Part shown: one piece after another, positions 57,558 to 64,000 of the stretch | Numbering within the stretch: position 1 is the first letter of the stretch | Layout: each line of letters opens with the position of its first letter | From: Pseudovirgaria hyperparasitica | Taxonomy: Eukaryota | Reading direction: 5' to 3' (one strand) | DNA: 64,000 bases | NCBI GenBank assembly: GCA_010093815.1 | Contig: ML996568.1 | Position numbers and translations under genes: made by a program | The notes under the pieces: generated by a model | The model's database searches: none | What the model was told of the DNA's origin: nothing | What the model saw: only the letters and a program-made list of their open reading frames with translations

Positions 57558-59250
57558 TCACGTACGGCGTGTCGCTACAATGTTCAGCTTACCCTGTTTG
57601 GAGAACCAGAGATTGTTTGTTGTCCATGGCTCCTCGTGTGCCATCTTGATGTCAAAGTTCAACAGCACAGTCGGAACCAACTTATGCAGTTCAGCCAAAG
57701 ATATCTAAGATTCTGGTCAGTATAAAGGTTCGGGTCATCCTTGGACAATCTCGCTTACATTTTTGCCAATGCATGTACGCGTACCAGCGCCAAAATGTAA
57801 CATGTGCTTGTCCATGTTGGTCGCATTTTCTTCGAGCCATCTCTGTGGTCTAAACTGATCGGCATCTTCGCCAAAAACGCCCTTGTCATAATGGATGACG
57901 GCTGCGTTTAGTCCGACACGGTACCCTTCTGGAATGTATGTGCCAGCAATTTGTAGACCACCCCGGGGTGCGTGGCGCGGCATCGTTAATTGTACGCTGG
58001 GATGAAGACGCATTGCTTCTTTAATTGTAGCGCATAGTAGTGGCAGCTTGTTAGCTTCAGCAAATTGGACGGGGTTACTGAGCTCGCCCTTGGCTGCAGC
58101 TGCGTCAAGTTCGCTCTGGGCTTCTCTCATGACTGCTGGATGCTTCATCAGGTAGTAGAAAGTGGCCCTCAGGGCTATAGCGGTGGTATCACTACCAGCG
58201 AATCTGCAATTGTTAGCTGGGTCTACCAAGGATTCTCCACGTCTTACAAGGCGACATATGCCTCAAGCTCAATCTCATGGATCCCGAAGTCGAGCTTTTC
58301 ACCCTTCTCCCTCATAATATCGAAAAACTGTTGCAGTAGGTCCTGTCGTTGAGGGACTCCAGGGTCTTTGCTGACCTCAAACCTCTTGGCTCGGTCTGAT
58401 ACACAGTGTTTTGCGGCCTTGACAATGTGATCGATAGCCTTGAGAGCATGACGCGCTGCAGGAATAGTGATCGCTGAGCAAAGAATCAAGGGTCGGACAT
58501 AGGATGCGGATACTGCTGTGACGCAAAGAGGCGGCATAAGGGTATCCAATGATTTGATCCAGGAGTCATGGTCTTCACTGTTCTTCATGAAGCCAAACTG
58601 ATCCGCGTAGAACAGCTCTCCGATGACGTCGAAAGCATACCTGACTTGTTAGTCAAACGCACATATCGACCGGAGCTTTCTCAAACATGCCATTGAGACC
58701 ATTCACCAAGGTCGAACACTTTCGCTGCATCCACATACTCCCCCAATCTCTCACAGAACAGCTTAGAACACCCATCAATGAACTTCTCACTTTTGAGCAC
58801 GCTCGACAAGGAATACACCTGGTTCACGATCCTTCTCCGAGTAGAATGCACATTCTCGTCCAAGACGGAAAAGTAATCTGGATGCTTGCTAATTCCGGGA
58901 TTACCCCATACTGAATAGAAATCGCTCTTACGGAGAGGATTCTGGGCGCGATATAGCATCTTGATGGCGCTTATATCCGCGCAGGCAACCTCATTGGGAG
59001 CAATGCGAACGAGTGGGCCATGCTGGGAGTGTAGCCGCCTCTGCGTCTTCTCCATGTCTCCACTCAGGATCTGCTTCACGTACCAGGCCCGGCTGATAGA
59101 CGCCCAGAACGGCCCTGGTATCGCGGAAAGCGGATGTAGGGTCCTGGCATACACGATCCATACGACCCAGTAGGCAACAAAGGCACTGGGTAGAATGACG
59201 CCGAGCCATGTCCCGAGGGTGTAATTGGGCACGAGGGTGAATAGACCCAT
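57558..59250 (-). CDS. Cytochrome P450, pisatin-demethylase-like; introns 58641-58690 (GC-AG), 58204-58247, 57705-57758
   Basis: N-terminal TM, HPL..IPGP, GPLVRIAPNE, AGSDTT, EAMR, FRPQRW and the heme motif FGAGTRTCIG. Confidence 0.93.
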
Positions 59251-61061
59251 AATGTTTGAAGTTGTACAAAAGCAAAGAAGGAAAGCGAGAGTCGCCAGAG
59301 ATGTGCGGGCAAGGAGAGCAATAATGGCGAAGTTGGCGGGCAGTCGATGCCGCAGTTAATATACGCACCCAGTCCCTCGGGCTGAGTCGCCGCCCTTTCT
59401 GCAACAGGCATCAGAATCGCAAATATGTCGAGGATGTTCCTTGAGACGCTACCAAAGGAGGATGTGACAATCTGATGCCCCTGATTGGCTATCAGACGCT
59501 AGCCTCTGCGCTTGTTCGTGGTTGTACATAGTACCCATCACACGCCAGCGTCCGCTGTGATTGCCGCAGCTAGTACACACGTACCCACACCTAGTACTAC
59601 ATATATGTCTCTGGCTGAGAATTCGAGGCTGGGGGGCCTTCTCTTGGCTTTTTAAACAGGGCTTATTGATAATTGATCCTCTGATAACGATCTGATTAAA
59701 GTATCGCAGCTGAAGAAAGGCTCTACGAACGTCTACTTACACATTTCCTGGTAGTATGCCTGCATAAAAAAACGAGGAAGAAGACGCCCCGGTAGCTTCA
59801 GCTCATCACTCAAGGGTTTACATTCCTAGCTCATAGTACACCCACGCGGGACAGGCTACGCGATACTGGAAAACGTGTCGCCAAGCGGCTGTGTGGTACC
59901 AGACGTGTGGTCAGCCCCAAGCAAGCGCCGCTACCTAGTCCTTGTGTGAAGAAGGACTCCGAGTTGTGCTTCCACGCCGCACGAATCAGGGGCGTTGTCG
60001 GCCGAATGTGACATGGCTGAATTGGTCCTAAACGGACATCCGAGCTCGAGGCTTTAGTGGGTGCGGACAAGGGCACTGCAGAAGGAATGGGTATGTCTTT
60101 TTACTAGTGCGCTAGTCGCAGAAGCATTATGCATACTATAGTAGTATGGCCGGTATGAGAGGGGGCGTAATACTTGACACTCAGGCCAGTTATCAGCCAA
60201 GGGTCATTCTGCTTCTCTCAGACCATACTTCCTTCAGGGTCTGCTAGGATCCGAATCTAAGTGCCTTATAAACAAACAATAAATTATGAGTGAACAGCCA
60301 AGGGCTTGCCCCACTATACCGAGTACTATGTATTCATCCGGTTAGCATAGTACGTAGCCCAACGGCCCGAAGCCGTTGTCAGTCAACATAGCGCCCTTGT
60401 TGCCTTGATCGCAGACATGACCGTTCATTCGCCCTGCCGCTGGGAAGTGGCCACTGGTCAGTGATGACTTTGACAGTAGTGACAGCAGTCCTATGTGTCC
60501 ACTCATATGAAACAGCCGTATCTCAGGATACCTGTGATGAGGCAGGGGTTGATAGAGGGATGAGAGACTGTGGATACCGCAGTGCTGCGCACGACTCACG
60601 GGCCACGCCCAACGTCCGCTCTGGGGAACTCGCACAACTTCGCACCAGATTAAGGTCGACCAGCATCCCCCTGTTGCTGCGACAAACTTTCCCCCGGCCC
60701 GGCATGCTTCCTGCACGAGCGCAGAATTCTTTCTTTGAAAATTGCGTGAGTCTGGAATACCACCTCGAGCACTTGTCGTGCCAGGTTGCTTCCTTTGGCG
60801 GAGAAAGCAAACATTCCTAATTCGCCCCTATCGGATATGCTTCCTCAATTTTGTGGGCTTCTCTGACGCACCATCGTACATGTCGACAAGTATATACTGG
60901 ACTCCGAGCTGTATATATTCTCTCTCCGGCACCAGCAGGTCTTGTGTTACCGGAGAAGCTTCCACGGAGCTTCGTCATTTAAGGTGCTCTTCAGCCTCGA
61001 AGCAATTGTCTCGCACTGCTATACCTTCACTCTCTGACTCATTTTCGTTTGTTCACTCACA

Positions 61062-62639
61062 ATGAGGGCTACCAATTTTATCTGGACGCTTGCTTTGGCA
61101 CTGGCAGTTCAAGCACAACAACTATCTCCGTGCGCGGTAAGTATACTTCCATCCCAACCTGGGCGAGCTTTACTAAATAATAGCAGACAACATGCTTGCA
61201 GACATCTATGTCTCACAACACCACTTGCGGGCCTACAGACATCCCATGTATCTGTTCGGATACAGGCTTGCAATCTGCCATCGAAGTCTGCGTCCTCTCA
61301 ACATGCACAATCAAAGAGGCTCTAGGTATGGCTTACCATGCCTTTGTAATGCCGAGCTCTAATTAACACGTACAGTGGCCAAAAACTCCAGCATGACCCT
61401 TTGTGGAGCACCCATCCGCGACCTGACAGCCATAACACCCATCGTCACCGGCGTGTCTGGCGGTCTTGCCGTCATCGCTGTCTCAGTACGCACATTCTCC
61501 GTTGGTAACATGATCCACGCCGACACTGTGTGCGCCATCATCGCCATCTTATCCGCTTTTCCGATGGGCGTCCTCGAGATGATCATGTCCCACGACGGCT
61601 TTGGACGCGACATATGGACCCTTACTCCCGATAAGATCACACGTATCGTAAAATTCACCTGGCTCACGGAGATCTTCTATTTTATCGCTGTGGCATTTAC
61701 CAAGATGTCATTCCTGTTCCTGTATTTGCGCATCTTTCCGGCGCAGCATATCCGGCGGGTTGTGCATGTCCTGATTGGATTCTGTATTGCGTACGGCTTG
61801 AGCTTTACCATCGCCTGTATCTTGAATTGCTTGCCGGTCACGTATATCTGGAACAAATGGCACGGAGAGACCACTGGGACTTGCATCAACTTTAACGGAT
61901 TTGCGTGGGCGCATGCGGCCATCAATATCGCGAGTGATCTGATCATTCTCTGTCTGCCTATCCCGGAACTGCTCAAGTTGAGCATGAACAAGAAGAAGAA
62001 GTTCTATGTCATCATCATGTTCAGCATGGGCTTCTTGTAAGTGACCCTTCCCTTGTCTGATTTCTCCTCACTCTCCTAATCAATATCTTTTGCAGCATCA
62101 CTATCGTCAGTATCATTCGCCTGCGATCTCTCATCATCTTCGCCACCACTCCAAACCCTACCTACGACGCCGTACCCACTGCATACTGGTCCGTGCTCGA
62201 GTGCTATGTTGGTATCATCTGCGTCTGTCTTCCGTCCATCCGCGTGCTGCTTAGCCGCGTGCTGCCCTCCATCTTCGCCTCTACGCAGCCCGAATACGAG
62301 TACTCGGACACTCCAATCAAGAGCTCTCGCAAGAAACCTTCGCAACTCACCGATTTCAGTATTACGAAGACCATCGATGCGACTGTTACGAGCGTGCCGC
62401 GCGGTGATGGCGAGCGGTTTGGTGGAGCCGGATTTGTGAATGAAAGAACGTATGGGAACAATTACGGAGGGGTATATGGCGAGGATGGGCTGCAGCTTGT
62501 AGAGTTCGATGGAGTGAAGAAGGCGTTCGAGGGCAAGGGAGAGAAGGGCGACAAGGGCGAGGGAACGATCAGTCTGGGCGACCAGGCAAGTCGGCGGAGC
62601 AGCCAGGGAGCTACGGAGGAGGAAATAAGGAAATTGTGA
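61062..62639 (+). CDS. CFEM-domain PTH11-like GPCR; introns 61137-61186, 61326-61375, 62037-62096
   Basis: Signal peptide and an 8-Cys CFEM (PCA|TTC..TCGPTDIPCIC..VC...C..|..C). GFGRDIW, KMSFLFLYLRIF, C.P..YIW..W, WSVLECYVGIICVCLPS. Confidence 0.93.
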
Positions 62640-63423
62640 GTGTTGTGGACGGAGAACTCGCGCAACTTGCCTCATGAGTTACGGCCGTCATGACTACAGA
62701 ACTTGTATTTCAATTGTGTATATGCGCCGCCTTGAATTGCGCGCAGACACCCCCTTTGTACTATATGCCTAACGGCCTACCTGGAATGGAAGACAAAACG
62801 TAAAATAATTGTTTATTGAGTTATGATATTTTTACTGTAGAGACAGAAGGCGGCTCACGGATGCCCTCATCATCAATACTATCCTAATCGATCGAAACCA
62901 TCACTCATCCTCGATCGTCTGATAGGAAACTGGAGGTATCAGCGTCAGGCCTACCAAGCAGGCATCCCTTGCCGCCACATTTGCCATTCACAACCACATC
63001 AAAAGCCGACTGGCGCTCAGGGTACGCGGCACCCACGATTGCAGGGCGTAGTTTCACCAACGTGCGATCGCAGGACTACCACGGCAATCGTACCATTTGC
63101 CGCGGTCGTTATCAGCCAGCACGAGGCTAGACCAGCAAGTAAACCACCCTGGTCCCTGTCAACCTTTTGGAATCGGGCCGTGCGACCGCCCGTGGGGATC
63201 CATTGTGACACTGGAACGAGATCAAACCAGCCCGAGTACTTCTTTTGACGCCATAGCTTCGTATCAGGTAAGTTGTTAGTCCGTTGTCATCCTGGTAGAA
63301 GGATTGTACTACTCGTCCTAATGACCTGCCCCGGCCCTCCCGCGCTTAGATAACGACCGGACCGTCCATTACGTTTTGCGACTAACTCTTCAGGCCTTGG
63401 ACATCACGTAGGACAGTTTGCTG

Positions 63424-63444
63424 CAGCAGCAGCAGCAGCAGCAG
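63424..63444. repeat. (CAG)7 microsatellite, apparently non-coding
   Basis: Seven perfect CAG units with no convincing gene around them. Confidence 0.85.
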
Positions 63445-64000
63445 GGGCAGCGTCGATGCTTCTGCAGTCAGGGACGGAGAATTATGATGCAGGTCTACAG
63501 CAAAGCCGCGGCATGCGAGATGGTGTACAGGCGGGCGGACATCCCACAGCACCACACAAGGCTGCCCGTAAGGTAAGAGTTAGCGATGCTGCAGTACTGG
63601 CGGTAATTAGTGGACGTGTGATATTGCCGAACCCTTTCGTCGGAACCGTCTAAACAAACTGGGGAAAGACGGGAAGTCGGGGGAGGTTGGGAAGCGGTCC
63701 GTCCAGAGCCAATGCAAGCCTCTTTTACTAGGATTGTTGTGGTGATGGTGTGCGGGACGGAATCTAGCACTGCCGTAGCGCACCGTAGCCTTTATTGAAG
63801 CGAAGTAGGGCGCCTGGACGGGAGCTGTATTGAATAGGTCGGATCACGAACATGAGATTTGGCGATATTTGTGGATGGACTTTTGTACCGGCCAGTTGGT
63901 GAACGGACATGGTTGATCGTGCATACATACTCCACTGCACGATCGGTTTGCACTACAGCAGTTCCGACGCAGCATCTTTCCAGGGCGTTGGAGCTGGATG

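Noticed and set aside
57558..57592. Possible extra P450 intron at GGTAAGC near the 3' end
   Set aside because: Reading straight through gives a typical P450 terminus (WFSKQGKLNIVATRRT*), so no intron is needed.
43963..62639. Secondary-metabolite gene cluster (P450, esterase)
   Set aside because: No PKS, NRPS, terpene synthase, transporter or cluster transcription factor is present in the window.
1..64000. tRNA, rRNA, TPP riboswitch, ribozymes, transposases and TGA-CTA readthrough/PTS1 extensions
   Set aside because: Searched by eye; GTTCGA and CTGATGA hits lie in coding or unstructured context and the stop codons I checked lack the readthrough motif. A tRNAscan/Rfam run would be needed to exclude them formally.

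Overview
Gene-dense, intron-containing eukaryotic DNA from a filamentous ascomycete (Pezizomycotina; Dothideomycete-like is only a guess). Introns are mostly 44-60 nt with GTRNGT donors, CTRAY branch points and YAG acceptors. I can support about 22 protein-coding genes plus two weak orphan or pseudogene models. A housekeeping block (about 8.6-33.7 kb) holds a GMPPA-type mannose-1-P guanylyltransferase, an Mx-like dynamin, a class III sirtuin, ICP55, PAN2, HBS1, TSR2 and an HSL-family lipase. It is flanked by accessory-type genes: three PTH11-like receptors (one with CFEM), a secreted GMC oxidoreductase, a tannase, a P450, DUF3176, a modin-like protein, an LLQQIN-repeat protein and a WRN-like exonuclease-HRDC protein. 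I found no tRNA, rRNA, CRISPR array or intact transposon. The best-supported unusual feature is the HBS1 locus, which has a frame-symmetric 702-nt exon carrying Ski7-type motifs and two in-frame upstream donors, so one gene can plausibly give Hbs1 and Ski7-like isoforms. More speculative leads are a dynamin with a SIM/NLS/CDK-site insert, two head-to-head PTH11 receptor/oxidative-enzyme pairs, the repeat protein, and a spliced orphan transcript between ICP55 and PAN2. All exon boundaries and family calls were made by eye, without database searches.
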